The notes below the pieces were generated by a model. That model saw only the letters and a list, made by a program, of their open reading frames with translations, was not told where the DNA came from and did no database searches. A program made the translations under genes and the position numbers. A DNA stretch of 28,479 nucleotides from Candidatus Bipolaricaulota bacterium (GTDB lineage: Bacteria; Bipolaricaulota; Bipolaricaulia; UBA7950; UBA9294), in assembly GCA_040752575.1 (NCBI GenBank), contig JBFMGK010000001.1, positions 1 to 28,479 on the forward strand, in the 5' to 3' direction. This document shows positions 1 through 9,036 of the stretch, piece by piece. Numbering within the stretch: the first letter of the stretch is position 1; the number at the start of each line of letters is the position of its first letter.

Positions 1-1
1 G

Positions 2-796
2 GGGATCGTTCAACCCCGTCTCGAAGCCGAGATCCTTCTGGCGCATGCGCTGGACGTCGATCGACTCCATCTCTACCTGTCTCCCGATAAGCCGCTGTCG
101 CCCGACGAGCGTTCCCGTTTCCGCACGTTTGTCCAGAAGCGGCATGCTGGGGTTCCCCTGCAGCACCTTATCGGGGAGATCTCGTTTTTCGGACTGCGGT
201 TCAGGGTGCACCGCGACGCGCTGATTCCGCGAGGCGAGACGGAGGAATTGCTCGACCGAGCGCTGCGACTCGTCGGACGCGATCGGCCGGCACGATACCT
301 CGACCTGGGGACCGGGAGCGGTGTTCTTGCCGTGTGTCTGGCCCGCTACCTGCCTCTCGCGAGCGTCACCGCGGTCGATGTGTCGCCGGCCGCCCTCGAT
401 CTGGCGCGGGAGAACGCGGCCCGCAACGGCGTGGCCGATCGCATTGCGTTTGTCCAAAGCGACTGGTTCTCCGGGGTCGAGGGCTCCTTCGACGTCGTGG
501 TCTCCAACCCTCCGTATGTGGAGAGCGCGGCCATCGACCGACTTGCCACGGAAGTCCGCGATCACGAGCCGCGTGAGGCGCTCGACGGTGGACCGGACGG
601 CCTCGATGCCATCCGTAGGTTGACCTCCGGCGCCGGGGCCCACGTGAGCTCCGGCGGCAGGATCCTCCTCGAGATCGGCCACGGCCAGGCGCAACGCGTC
701 CGAGATCTGCTTCAGACATCGGGGTTCGACGAAGTCTGTGTGGAAGCGGACATGTCGGGGCGGGAGCGATTCGTCTCGGCGCGGAGGAAGTCGTGA
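2..796 (+). CDS. prmC: Release factor glutamine N5-methyltransferase PrmC/HemK (5'-partial; the frame is open from the window edge)
   Basis: The frame upstream of the 206 ORF reads GIVQPRLEAEILLAHAL...RHAGVPLQHLIG...FFGLRF with no stop. Motifs ALIPRGETE, LDLGTGSG (SAM binding), VVSNPPY, EPREALDGG and LLEIG. Confidence 0.95.
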   Translation, partial: GIVQPRLEAEILLAHALDVDRLHLYLSPDKPLSPDERSRFRTFVQKRHAGVPLQHLIGEISFFGLRFRVHRDALIPRGETEELLDRALRLVGRDRPARYLDLGTGSGVLAVCLARYLPLASVTAVDVSPAALDLARENAARNGVADRIAFVQSDWFSGVEGSFDVVVSNPPYVESAAIDRLATEVRDHEPREALDGGPDGLDAIRRLTSGAGAHVSSGGRILLEIGHGQAQRVRDLLQTSGFDEVCVEADMSGRERFVSARRKS

Positions 797-1446
797 TCCA
801 AGTCTCCGAGTTGTCCTACGCAACCGAGGAAGGCCTCAGGGTCCTCGACGACGTTCACCTCCACGTAGACCAAGGCCAATTCGTCTATCTCGTCGGCCCC
901 GCATCGTCCGGGAAGTCGCTCTTGCTGGCGCTCCTTGGAGCGTTTGTGCCCCCACAGCGCGGCCAGATCCTGGTGCACGGGCGAAACGTGGCCCGCCTGA
1001 GCCGCGACCGTGCCCTGGAGCTGCAGCGGCGGATCGGCGTCCTGCCGCAAGGCTTCACCCCGCTTGCGCGCACGGTGATGGGAAATGTCGTGTTCAAGCT
1101 TCGCGCGATGGGGAACTCCGGCGAGGAGGCCGAAGAGAAGGCTCTCTCGGCTCTCGAAACGGTAGGGCTGATTCGCGAGCGCGCGACGGACGCGCTCGAT
1201 TTGCCGCCCGTGGAACGCCTTCGGTTGGGACTCGCGCTCGCCCTCTGCAACGCTCCGCTGCTCGTTCTGCTCGACGAACCCTACGGGGAACTCGACGAAG
1301 ACGAGGATGAAGCCGTCGGCGCAGTCCTGGCCAAGATCCGAGATGGGCGGACGACCATCGTCGCCGCAACGCGCGGCCCTCTACCGAAATCGGCACGCGG
1401 AGAGCGCACGCTGTCGATGATGGATGGGCGGGTGACCGCAGCGTGA
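793..1446 (+). CDS. ftsE: FtsE-like ABC ATP-binding protein, degenerate
   Basis: Walker A GPASSGKS, Q-loop RRIGVLPQ and Walker B/D-loop LLDEPYGELD. FtsE-like N-terminus (GQFVYLVGP). GGAGG precedes the GTG start, which overlaps the prmC stop (GTGA), and an FtsX-like gene follows. The signature motif and H-loop are altered. Confidence 0.75.
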   Translation: MIQVSELSYATEEGLRVLDDVHLHVDQGQFVYLVGPASSGKSLLLALLGAFVPPQRGQILVHGRNVARLSRDRALELQRRIGVLPQGFTPLARTVMGNVVFKLRAMGNSGEEAEEKALSALETVGLIRERATDALDLPPVERLRLGLALALCNAPLLVLLDEPYGELDEDEDEAVGAVLAKIRDGRTTIVAATRGPLPKSARGERTLSMMDGRVTAA

Positions 1447-2237
1447 ACTCCTTCTTCTACCTCGAACGGGAGCTGCTCGGCGCGATCCGTGCGCGAAGCG
1501 GCTCCTGGTTTGGGGTTGGCCTCGTATTCCTGTTTCTCTTCTTGGCCACGTTTGCGTCGCTGTTCGTCCTTCCCGAGGCCCAGGGCGAGCCGGCGCCAGG
1601 GCTCGTCATTGCCTATCTCTCACCCCGCGTGTCCTCCGCCGAGATCAACGACCTCTCGGATCGGCTCCGCGAGCGGAGTGACGTGCTACGCGTTCGTTTC
1701 AGCCTCCCGAGAGAGCTGACGGCCGAGCGCACGGGAGGTCAGCTGGAACTGACGCCGCGGTCGGTGGCAGAGGTTCCGACGCTCGTCCGCGCCCTTGCCG
1801 CCATGGAGCAGGTCCAGGACGTCGAAGCTCTGGCGGCCGAGCCTCTTCCCAGGCTTGCGATGACTCCCGCCCTTCAGACCGGACTGCTCGTCGGCCTCGG
1901 CGTGTGCGCTCTCGCCAGTCTCGCGGCCGTCCGCGAGGCGTTTCGCGCGCTCTTGGCGACGTTTCGACAAGAGCTGCGCCTGGCTCGGCTCGCCGGAGTC
2001 TCCGAACGTCTCCTGATGGGCGTGGTCGGGCTCGCCGGCCTCCTCTGGGGAACGGTCGCCGGGCTCCTCGTCGTCGTCGCGCTCTTGTTCTACGATGCCT
2101 CCGGCCCGTCTCTCGAGGCCTGGCGCCTCTTCGGGGTAATGGCGGTCTCGCTCTTGCTGGGGATCCTCATGGGTGGACTGGCGGGACTTGTCGGCGCGAG
2201 CCAGCTCTCGTCGAAGCTCTTCGAGCCCCTGCGCTAG
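1443..2237 (+). CDS. ftsX: FtsX-like permease
   Basis: One N-terminal TM, a soluble loop (VIAYLS...V.RVRF...VQDV), then three C-terminal TMs with RQELRLARLAGVS (cf. FtsX RxEIxIMxLVGA). GTGA overlap with ftsE. Confidence 0.7.
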   Translation: MNSFFYLERELLGAIRARSGSWFGVGLVFLFLFLATFASLFVLPEAQGEPAPGLVIAYLSPRVSSAEINDLSDRLRERSDVLRVRFSLPRELTAERTGGQLELTPRSVAEVPTLVRALAAMEQVQDVEALAAEPLPRLAMTPALQTGLLVGLGVCALASLAAVREAFRALLATFRQELRLARLAGVSERLLMGVVGLAGLLWGTVAGLLVVVALLFYDASGPSLEAWRLFGVMAVSLLLGILMGGLAGLVGASQLSSKLFEPLR

Positions 2238-3328
2238 GCAGAAGGCGGGTGTTCCTTGTCCCGGATTGCCGCATCGCCGGACTGCTGGATAACCTGCTGC
2301 ACGGTGAGCCCTCGCCCAAGGAGCCTCACCCCGCGCTGCAGAAGGTACGCAAGGCCGATGCCAACAAAGACGGCCTCGGCGAACTTGAAGATGAGCGAGT
2401 ACGCGACGGCTTCACCCTTTGCGATCTCGGGAGCCATCAGGTGAAACACGCCCAGTGTCGCGGCCTCACTCGTTCCGAGCCCGCCCGGCGTGATCCAGAG
2501 GAAGAAACCCATGAGGATGCTGAAGGTGAAGAAGACGGACAGCTGCGAGACGTCAAACGATCGTCCGATGGCGAAGCCGAAGAAGACCTGCGGCCTCATG
2601 TAAACGAGGAGCGTCGCAGCGGATTGGACGACGAACGCGGCCAGAGTCCCCCGCCAATGGCGCGTGAAGGCATAACTGACCTCATCTTCGGTCTCGGAGA
2701 CCTTGGCAGAAGCCCGCTCAAGCCGACTGCGCCAACGTGGGACCGCAACGCCCAACGCACGCAGAAGGCGACTCACCCACTTCAGGTTCAGGGCGAAGTT
2801 GGCGAGTCCGGCGAGGATCCAGAACGTGACGAAGGCAAGACCGCCGATGAGCATTCGCTTCTGGGCAACGGGGATTGACGGTGCTGTGATGGCATGGAAC
2901 CCGCCCACGAGCATGAACGCCACCATGCTCAGGCCGCCGAGGAAGCGTTCGACGATGATGGTCGCGAACACGCGTGTCGCTGGCGGCCCGCCGGGTGTGA
3001 TCACGAGGAGCCCACGCACCGGCTCGCCGCCGAAGTACAGGGTTGGCGTCAAATAGGACACGGCGAAGCAGCTCAAGCGCGCCCCGGCCATGGTGCCCCA
3101 CGGAATGCGGATCCCGTACGCCCGCAGGATCGCAGCCCAGCTCAGCACCCACATCAAGACGCCCAGCGCCACACTGCCGGTGACGCTCGCGATTCCCGCC
3201 GCATTCAGGGCACGCATGGCGGCGAACGTCTCCCGCCATCCAGCAAAGTAGAGGACCGCGCCGAGGCCGAGAAATCCTGCCAGCAGAGACAGTACGAGGT
3301 TAACGGTTCCCCGGATCGGACGCTTCAT
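2234..3328 (-). CDS. UPF0104 / lysylphosphatidylglycerol synthase TM-domain (flippase-like) membrane protein
   Basis: About 8 hydrophobic segments. Motifs SYLTPTLYFGGEPVR, ATIIVERF and ITPGGLGTSEA are typical of the LPG_synthase_TM family. Start taken as ATG 3328 (MKRPIRG) because the longer ORF overlaps pncC. Confidence 0.8.
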   Translation of the reverse strand: MKRPIRGTVNLVLSLLAGFLGLGAVLYFAGWRETFAAMRALNAAGIASVTGSVALGVLMWVLSWAAILRAYGIRIPWGTMAGARLSCFAVSYLTPTLYFGGEPVRGLLVITPGGPPATRVFATIIVERFLGGLSMVAFMLVGGFHAITAPSIPVAQKRMLIGGLAFVTFWILAGLANFALNLKWVSRLLRALGVAVPRWRSRLERASAKVSETEDEVSYAFTRHWRGTLAAFVVQSAATLLVYMRPQVFFGFAIGRSFDVSQLSVFFTFSILMGFFLWITPGGLGTSEAATLGVFHLMAPEIAKGEAVAYSLIFKFAEAVFVGIGLAYLLQRGVRLLGRGLTVQQVIQQSGDAAIRDKEHPPSA

Positions 3329-3362
3329 GAGTGCGCAGTCTAGCCGCCGGGCATCGCGCGGA

Positions 3363-3869
3363 TCAAGGCGCGGACTCCGCGGTTGCGCGAAGCAGTTCGA
3401 GCGCGGACGCGACCGCTTGAGCCCGGACCGCAGCACGATCGCCGGCGAAGCGAAATACCTCGACCCGTACGCCAAGCGGCGACGCAACGCCGACGAACAC
3501 GAGCCCGACGGGCTTCTCGGCCGACCCGCCGCCCGGGCCGGCGATCCCGCTCACGGCGGCGGCCACGTCGGCGTGCAGCAACCCTCGGCATGCCGTCGCC
3601 ATCGCCGCCACCACGGGGGAGCTCACTGCCCCTTCTCGCCGGAGAACGTCCTCGGGGACCCCTAGCATGCACGTCTTCACTGCGTTGTCGTAGGCGATGA
3701 CTCCTCCCAAGAAGGCCGCCGAGCTGCCGGGAACCGACGTGAGCGCTTCTCCGACGCCCCCCCCTGTGCAGGACTCGGCCACGGCCGCCTTCCATCCTCG
3801 GCGGAGCAGCGCTGCGACCGTTGCCGCGGCGTTCAGTGAACGCTCCGTCCTTACGTCGTTCTCTGTCAC
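3363..3869 (-). CDS. pncC: CinA C-terminal domain protein / NMN deamidase PncC
   Basis: AVAESCTGG, PGSSAAFLGGVIAYDNAVK, GAVS and SGIAGPGGGSAEKPVGLV. GGAGGAGG SD before the GTG start. Confidence 0.9.
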   Translation of the reverse strand: MTENDVRTERSLNAAATVAALLRRGWKAAVAESCTGGGVGEALTSVPGSSAAFLGGVIAYDNAVKTCMLGVPEDVLRREGAVSSPVVAAMATACRGLLHADVAAAVSGIAGPGGGSAEKPVGLVFVGVASPLGVRVEVFRFAGDRAAVRAQAVASALELLRATAESAP

Positions 3870-4555
3870 GCGCCTCCTCCTTCTCTCTCCTCAACGAGAT
3901 TCCCTCGCTCGACTCGGCCGTGGGCGCAGAATTCGCGGATCGGGCACTCGCCGCACCGCGGCCTTCGGGGCCGGCACGTGGTTCTCCCCAACTGGATCAG
4001 GAGCAGGTGAAGCTCGGCCAGCAAGGACACGTCCTGCGGCAGTGCCGCGTTGGCCAGGCGATGCGGATCGCCGCGCCGGCCCATCCATCCGACACGGCGC
4101 AGAACGCGCAGAATGTGCGTGTCGATCGGGAAGTACGGTTTCCCGAGCGCGAACAAGAGCACGATCCCCGCGGTCTTCGGCCCCACCCCCGGCAGCGCTG
4201 TGAGCCACGCGAGCGCCTCGTTCACCGAGGTCAGCCTGAGGAAGTCCAGGTCGAGACGACCTCGGGCGGCGCGTATCCGGTTCAGCGTGCGTGAGATCGA
4301 CGCCGCCTTCTGGCGCTGCAGCCCGCCGACCCGTATCGCGTCAGCGATCTGGCTCTCCTCAGCGCCGGCCAGGGCGTCGAGGCTCCCAAACCGGCGGAGG
4401 AGGGAAGCGTAGGCGCGGTCCCGATTCGCGTCCGTCGTGTGTTGGGACAGAATCGTGAGAACAAGAGTCTCTACCGCATCCTGCGGCTGTTGCTGTGGCG
4501 CGCCTAATGCGGCGACCAGGCGATCCCTTACGCACTCCATCTCTTCCCGCTGCAT
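3866..4555 (-). CDS. nth: Endonuclease III family HhH-GPD DNA glycosylase with 4Fe-4S cluster
   Basis: LVLTILSQHTTD, HhH motif LPGVGPKTA, PIDTHILRV, and C-x6-C-x2-C-x5-C (CRPRRPRCGECPIREFC). Start ATG 4555. Confidence 0.88.
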   Translation of the reverse strand: MQREEMECVRDRLVAALGAPQQQPQDAVETLVLTILSQHTTDANRDRAYASLLRRFGSLDALAGAEESQIADAIRVGGLQRQKAASISRTLNRIRAARGRLDLDFLRLTSVNEALAWLTALPGVGPKTAGIVLLFALGKPYFPIDTHILRVLRRVGWMGRRGDPHRLANAALPQDVSLLAELHLLLIQLGRTTCRPRRPRCGECPIREFCAHGRVERGNLVEEREGGGA

Positions 4556-4613
4556 GGCGGGCCGAGCATAGGCGCGCCGGACGCAGCACGCAAGACCGTG
4601 TATCCTGGCGGCC

Positions 4614-5009
4614 ATGCTCACAGCCAGGCACGGGGAGGAGTGGGTGATTCGGCTTCTGCCGGGCGAGGACCTTGTCGCCGCGCTTTCCGCCGCCGTGGAG
4701 GTACCCGCGGTCCTCCTCGGCGCCATCGGCATGGTCCGCGACGCCCGCCTGGGCTACTGGAACGGCACGGAGTACGAGCAGACGCTCGTCGAGGAGCCGG
4801 CCGAACTTGCGGCGCTCCAGGGCAACTTCGCCGCGTCCGAGGGGGGAATCGTGCTCCACGCACACGCCGTGCTCGCAACGCGCAGTCGAGTCTACGCGGG
4901 GCATCTGCTCGCGGCACGCGTCGCCGTCACCGCAGAGATCGCCCTACGCCCCCTCACGGGCATCCGCCTCGAGCGCGGACCCGACGGGCTTCGCCCCTCG
5001 GTCAGCTGA
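4614..5009 (+). CDS. DUF296 / PPC-domain protein
   Basis: IRLLPGEDL, GAIGMV..ARLGYW, LQGN, LHAHAVL and AGHL are the PPC/DUF296 pattern, with an HxH...H metal site. Confidence 0.85.
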   Translation: MLTARHGEEWVIRLLPGEDLVAALSAAVEVPAVLLGAIGMVRDARLGYWNGTEYEQTLVEEPAELAALQGNFAASEGGIVLHAHAVLATRSRVYAGHLLAARVAVTAEIALRPLTGIRLERGPDGLRPSVS

Positions 5010-5925
5010 ACGCCGCTCCCCCACGGAGACCATTGAGGAACTCGCGCCCCGAGGTGCGCCCCTTCGCCTCGCGTTGGACGTCGCAGAGCTCGAGGAACTC
5101 GTCGGAACAAGCGACGAGGAGTCGTCGGCTCTCCTTCGGTCCGATCTGCCCCGCAGCCAACGGCCCCACCGAGATCCCGGTCCGTGCAGCGCGGTGCACT
5201 TTCACACGCTGCCCGTCCAGCAGCCCCCACGCTCCCGGCCACGGCGTCATCCCACGGACGAAGTCATAGGCCTCCCTCGCGGTTGTCCCCCAGACGATGC
5301 GCCCATCGTCGCGCGCCAGTTTGGGGGCCAAGCTCGCCCCAATCTGGGGTTGAGGGCGAGGGCTGATGGTTCCTGACAAGAGGCCGTCCAGGGTCTTGAG
5401 CATCACGCCGGCTCCCAGCTCGGCCAGTCGGACTTCCAGGTCTCCGGCGGTCTCGTCTGGCGCGATCGGCAGGGCACGCTGAACGAGCATCGGCCCCGTG
5501 TCCATTCCCGCATCGATCACAAAGGTGGTCACGCCGGTTTCCGTCTCGCCGCGCACGATCGCCCAGTTCACAGGCGCCGCGCCTCGGTACTTCGGAAGAA
5601 GCGACGCATGGAGATTGATCGCCCCAAACGGTGCAAGCCCGAATACGGCGGGCTTGAGGATCTGGCCAAACGCCGCAACGACGAGAGCCTCGGGGGACGC
5701 CGCACGCAGGGTCTCAAGGGTCTCGGGCTGATGAACCCGGTCCGCCTGGCAGATGGGAAGCCCCAGGTCGCGGGCAGCGCACTTCACGGCGGGTTGCCTG
5801 TCGCACGCATGCCGCCCGGCGGGCCGGTCGGGCTGGGTCACCACAAGTCGGACGTCGTGATGTGCGGCGAGCGCTGAAAGCGTGGGGACAGCAAACGAAG
5901 AGGTGCCCAGGAAAACGACGCGCAC
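5002..5925 (-). CDS. fmt: Methionyl-tRNA formyltransferase
   Basis: MRVVFLGTSSFA, VVTQPDRPAGR, NLHASLLPKYRGAAPV, GMDTGP, APKL and PWPGA. Confidence 0.96.
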   Translation of the reverse strand: MRVVFLGTSSFAVPTLSALAAHHDVRLVVTQPDRPAGRHACDRQPAVKCAARDLGLPICQADRVHQPETLETLRAASPEALVVAAFGQILKPAVFGLAPFGAINLHASLLPKYRGAAPVNWAIVRGETETGVTTFVIDAGMDTGPMLVQRALPIAPDETAGDLEVRLAELGAGVMLKTLDGLLSGTISPRPQPQIGASLAPKLARDDGRIVWGTTAREAYDFVRGMTPWPGAWGLLDGQRVKVHRAARTGISVGPLAAGQIGPKESRRLLVACSDEFLELCDVQREAKGRTSGREFLNGLRGGAAFS

Positions 5926-6431
5926 TAGTCCTCCTCGCGCCGTTGGCTGCGCCGATGCTCCTTCAGGGCGCTGCGCCGACGAGCCGGGCTCAGATGATCG
6001 AGGTACAGGTGTCCATCGAGGTGATCCATCTCGTGTTGGATCGCACGGGCGAGGAGGCCCTCCCCGGTGATCTCCACCCGCTCGCCGTCCAACTTGACGC
6101 CCGACACCGTCGCCCGGCTGCGCCGAGCGACCGGCGCGCTCGTTCCCGGAACGCTGAGGCAGCCCTCGGTGAACTCGACCCAGTCTCCCTCGGTGGAGAC
6201 CAACTCAGGGTTGATCAAGACGTGGAACTCCCCCTCGACGTCGAGCACGATGATCCGCTTGGAGACTCCGATCTGTGGCGCGGCGAGGCCGGCCCCTTCC
6301 GATCGGATCATCGTCTCCACCATACGCGCGCAGATGGCGCGAATCTCCTCGTCGACCTCGCCCACCGGCTCGGCGGGCCGACGGAGGACCGGATCCCCAA
6401 ACGCCCGGATGTGCGGCTCTCTCTCTTGCAT
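5925..6431 (-). CDS. def: Peptide deformylase
   Basis: GDPVLR, GAGLAAPQIG, EGCLSVPG and QHEMDHLDG. Start ATG 6431; 1-nt overlap with fmt. Confidence 0.96.
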   Translation of the reverse strand: MQEREPHIRAFGDPVLRRPAEPVGEVDEEIRAICARMVETMIRSEGAGLAAPQIGVSKRIIVLDVEGEFHVLINPELVSTEGDWVEFTEGCLSVPGTSAPVARRSRATVSGVKLDGERVEITGEGLLARAIQHEMDHLDGHLYLDHLSPARRRSALKEHRRSQRREED

Positions 6432-6464
6432 GAGTGTCGAGCGGATTATAGAGTAGGGGCCGCG

Positions 6465-8711
6465 ATGCCTCAAGAGAACAGCGATTCACTCGCCCTCCTG
6501 GAGAGGGTTCTACGCCTCGAAAGCTCGACCGGGTACGCCGACCTGGCGGCCGAAGGGGGACTCGAGGCGTTTGCAGCCCGGCACGCGCCGAACGCGTCTG
6601 CCGCGCTCTCCGGCTACGCGATGGCGTCGCCCAACGAGCGCAAGGCGATGGTCGTCCGCGCGCGCCGCGCCCTGGGGGGTGCCGATGCCTCGCCACCGGT
6701 CGGAAGCCGAGCCGTCTCGCGCCTGCCGGGGGTCGGCCCGAAGCGGGCGGCGCTCCTCGAGCGCCTCGGCATTCGAACCGTCGACGACCTGCTCCGCTAC
6801 TTGCCGCGTCGCCTTGAGGACAGGGGCCGCTTCCTGCCCATCGGCCAGATCGTGGCCGGCCAGGACGCCGCGGTTCGGGGCACGGTTTTGGCGATCTCTC
6901 AGCAGCACCTCCGTCGTCAGATGTCGATGATCAAGGCCGTCCTCGGGGACACGACGGGATTCCTGTCGCTCGTGTGGTTCAACCAGCCTTGGGTGGCCAA
7001 TCAACTGCGTCGAGGCGACTCGATCGACGTCTTCGGGCGCCCCGAGCGGAAGTTCCGGGAATGGCAGATGTCATCGCCGCTGTTTGAGCCTTCCGGGACG
7101 TGCATGGATGTGGGACGCGTCGTGCCTGTCTACCCCGCGACCGAGGGCCTGAGCGACCGCGTACTGCGCGGCATGATCTCCCGCGCCGTCGATGAGCATC
7201 TCGAGGACGTGATCGACCCCCTTCCACCCGAGGTTCGAGCCGAGGAACGCCTTCCTAGCGAGATCGAGGCGCTGCGCGCCGTGCACAGGCCGACATCGCG
7301 CGAGGACTTCGAACGCGCCCGCCGGAGCCTGGCGTTCGAGGAACTGCTCCTCTTGCAGCTCGGGCTCCTCTTGACGACCCGTGATCGAGCCGGCACACCC
7401 CATGCCGGCTCCACGCAACTCGCGAACTCCCTCCTCGCCTCGCTCCCCTTCACCCTGACCGACGCGCAGCGTCGTGTCTTGCGAGAAATCCGTGCGGATC
7501 TGGCGGCGCCGACGCGGATGATGCGCTTGTTGCAGGGCGACGTGGGCTCAGGAAAGACTCTGGTGGCCACAGCAGCCGCACTTCACGTCGTGGACGCGGG
7601 CTTCCAGGTCGCCCTGATGGCGCCGACGGAGATTCTCGCCGAGCAACACGCAGCGTCGCTCGCCCGCCTCCTGGGCGGCTTGCCGGTGTGCGTCGGCCTG
7701 CTGACCGGCAGTTCGGCGGAACGAGAGGAGACGCGGCGCGGCATCGAGCAGGGAGACATCCACCTGGCTGTGGGGACCCATGCGCTTATCGAAGAGGCCG
7801 TGGCGTTCCGCCGTCTGGGTCTTGTCGTGATCGACGAACAGCATCGCTTCGGCGTTGTGCAACGCTCCGCCATCGAGGAGAAGGGAGAGCAGGTCGACCT
7901 CCTGGTGATGAGTGCGACGCCGATCCCGCGCACGATCGCCCTGACGCTGTACGGCGAGTTCGACGTCTCGATCCTCGACGAGTTCCCCACGGGCGCCAAG
8001 CGCACGACGACACACTGGCTCCCGGAGGCGAGACGCGAGGATGCCTTGCAGCGCATCGCGGAGTTCCTCGCCGCCGGGCGGCGCGGCTACGTGGTGGTCC
8101 CGCTCGTCGAGGAGTCGGAGAAAGTCGACGCCCGAGCCGCCGTCCAGGTGCACGAAGAACTGCGGGCCCGCTTCCCCAGAGTCTCTGTCGGACTCCTTCA
8201 CGGTCGTCTGCCGGCGCCGGAAAAGGCCGGGACCATGGAGCGGTTCCGCACGGGAGACATCCAGCTGCTCGTCGCAACGACGGTCGTCGAGGTCGGCGTC
8301 GACGTCCTCGAGGCGGACTTCATGCTGATCGAGCACGCCGACCGATTCGGCTTGTCTCAGCTGCACCAATTGCGGGGTCGGATCGGCCGGGCGGGACAGC
8401 CCGCAGACTGCTTGGCGGTTGCCGATGCGCGAACGGAGGAAGCGCAGCGGCGGCTCTCGGCGTTCCGCGATACTTCCGACGGTTTCGCGATCGCTGAAGA
8501 GGACCTACGGATAAGAGGCCCCGGCGACCTCCTTGGCACAGATCAACACGGCTTCTTGACGCAGCTTCGCGCCGTGGATCTGGCGACAGACCTCGATCTC
8601 ATGCAGCGGGCTCAGGTCGCCGCACGTCGGTTGCGCGACCATGTGCCCGAGGTCACGTTGCACGAGGTCGATCGACGCTTCGCCGAGGTGATCCGCTGGT
8701 TGCGGGTGTAG
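6465..8711 (+). CDS. recG: ATP-dependent DNA helicase RecG
   Basis: LPGVGPKRA, wedge domain WFNQ, RLLQGDVGSGKT, MAPTEILAEQH, IDEQHRFGV, MSATPIPRT, QLHQLRGRIGR and DLRIRGPGDLLG. Start ATG 6465; the upstream part of the 5862 ORF is antisense to def. Confidence 0.96.
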   Translation: MPQENSDSLALLERVLRLESSTGYADLAAEGGLEAFAARHAPNASAALSGYAMASPNERKAMVVRARRALGGADASPPVGSRAVSRLPGVGPKRAALLERLGIRTVDDLLRYLPRRLEDRGRFLPIGQIVAGQDAAVRGTVLAISQQHLRRQMSMIKAVLGDTTGFLSLVWFNQPWVANQLRRGDSIDVFGRPERKFREWQMSSPLFEPSGTCMDVGRVVPVYPATEGLSDRVLRGMISRAVDEHLEDVIDPLPPEVRAEERLPSEIEALRAVHRPTSREDFERARRSLAFEELLLLQLGLLLTTRDRAGTPHAGSTQLANSLLASLPFTLTDAQRRVLREIRADLAAPTRMMRLLQGDVGSGKTLVATAAALHVVDAGFQVALMAPTEILAEQHAASLARLLGGLPVCVGLLTGSSAEREETRRGIEQGDIHLAVGTHALIEEAVAFRRLGLVVIDEQHRFGVVQRSAIEEKGEQVDLLVMSATPIPRTIALTLYGEFDVSILDEFPTGAKRTTTHWLPEARREDALQRIAEFLAAGRRGYVVVPLVEESEKVDARAAVQVHEELRARFPRVSVGLLHGRLPAPEKAGTMERFRTGDIQLLVATTVVEVGVDVLEADFMLIEHADRFGLSQLHQLRGRIGRAGQPADCLAVADARTEEAQRRLSAFRDTSDGFAIAEEDLRIRGPGDLLGTDQHGFLTQLRAVDLATDLDLMQRAQVAARRLRDHVPEVTLHEVDRRFAEVIRWLRV

Positions 8712-8716
8712 TGGCA

Positions 8717-9036
8717 ACCCATGCGTCGCCCACGTTGCGCGTCTTGACCTGCAGCGGCAACGCAGAGCGCGCGGCCGTGCGCCCCTACACCGTGTCCCGA
8801 GGTCGTTGGGTTCGCTCATCGCCGGGCGTAGATCGGCGACCACGGAACGGGCCCAACAGGATCCGCGGCATCGCGGAGCACCCTCTGGCAGAGGGGCCAC
8901 CACGAGCACGTCCTCCCGCGGCGAGACGAGCTGAGAACCTCGCAACGTGCGTTTGCGTTGTCCACACCCGCTCTCCTGGGAACACGACGAGAGCCACCCG
9001 GGTCGTTCATCGGATGGGTGAGGGCGACGCGTGGAT
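8717..9036 (+). ncRNA. Candidate structured non-coding element (unknown ncRNA or MITE-like element) filling the recG/pyrH convergent spacer
   Basis: 8719-8731 pairs with 9022-9034 (13 bp, one G-U). 8805-8814 pairs with 8848-8857 (10 bp, two G-U) and encloses 8819-8824/8834-8839. Further hairpins at 8767-8782, 8862-8877, 8881-8895, 8943-8960, 8970-8994 and 8995-9020. No family recognised. Confidence 0.3.

Noticed and set aside
5862..6464. Apparent 200-aa N-terminal extension of RecG in the ORF track
   Set aside because: It is antisense to def and the start of fmt. The RecG-like sequence begins at ATG 6465.
8785..8997. 70-aa minus-strand ORF (and 8711-9172 +, 8505-8945 -) in the recG/pyrH spacer
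   Set aside because: No SD or -10 signal, Arg/Pro/Gly-rich composition typical of non-coding GC-rich DNA, and no similarity to Frr or any family I recognise.
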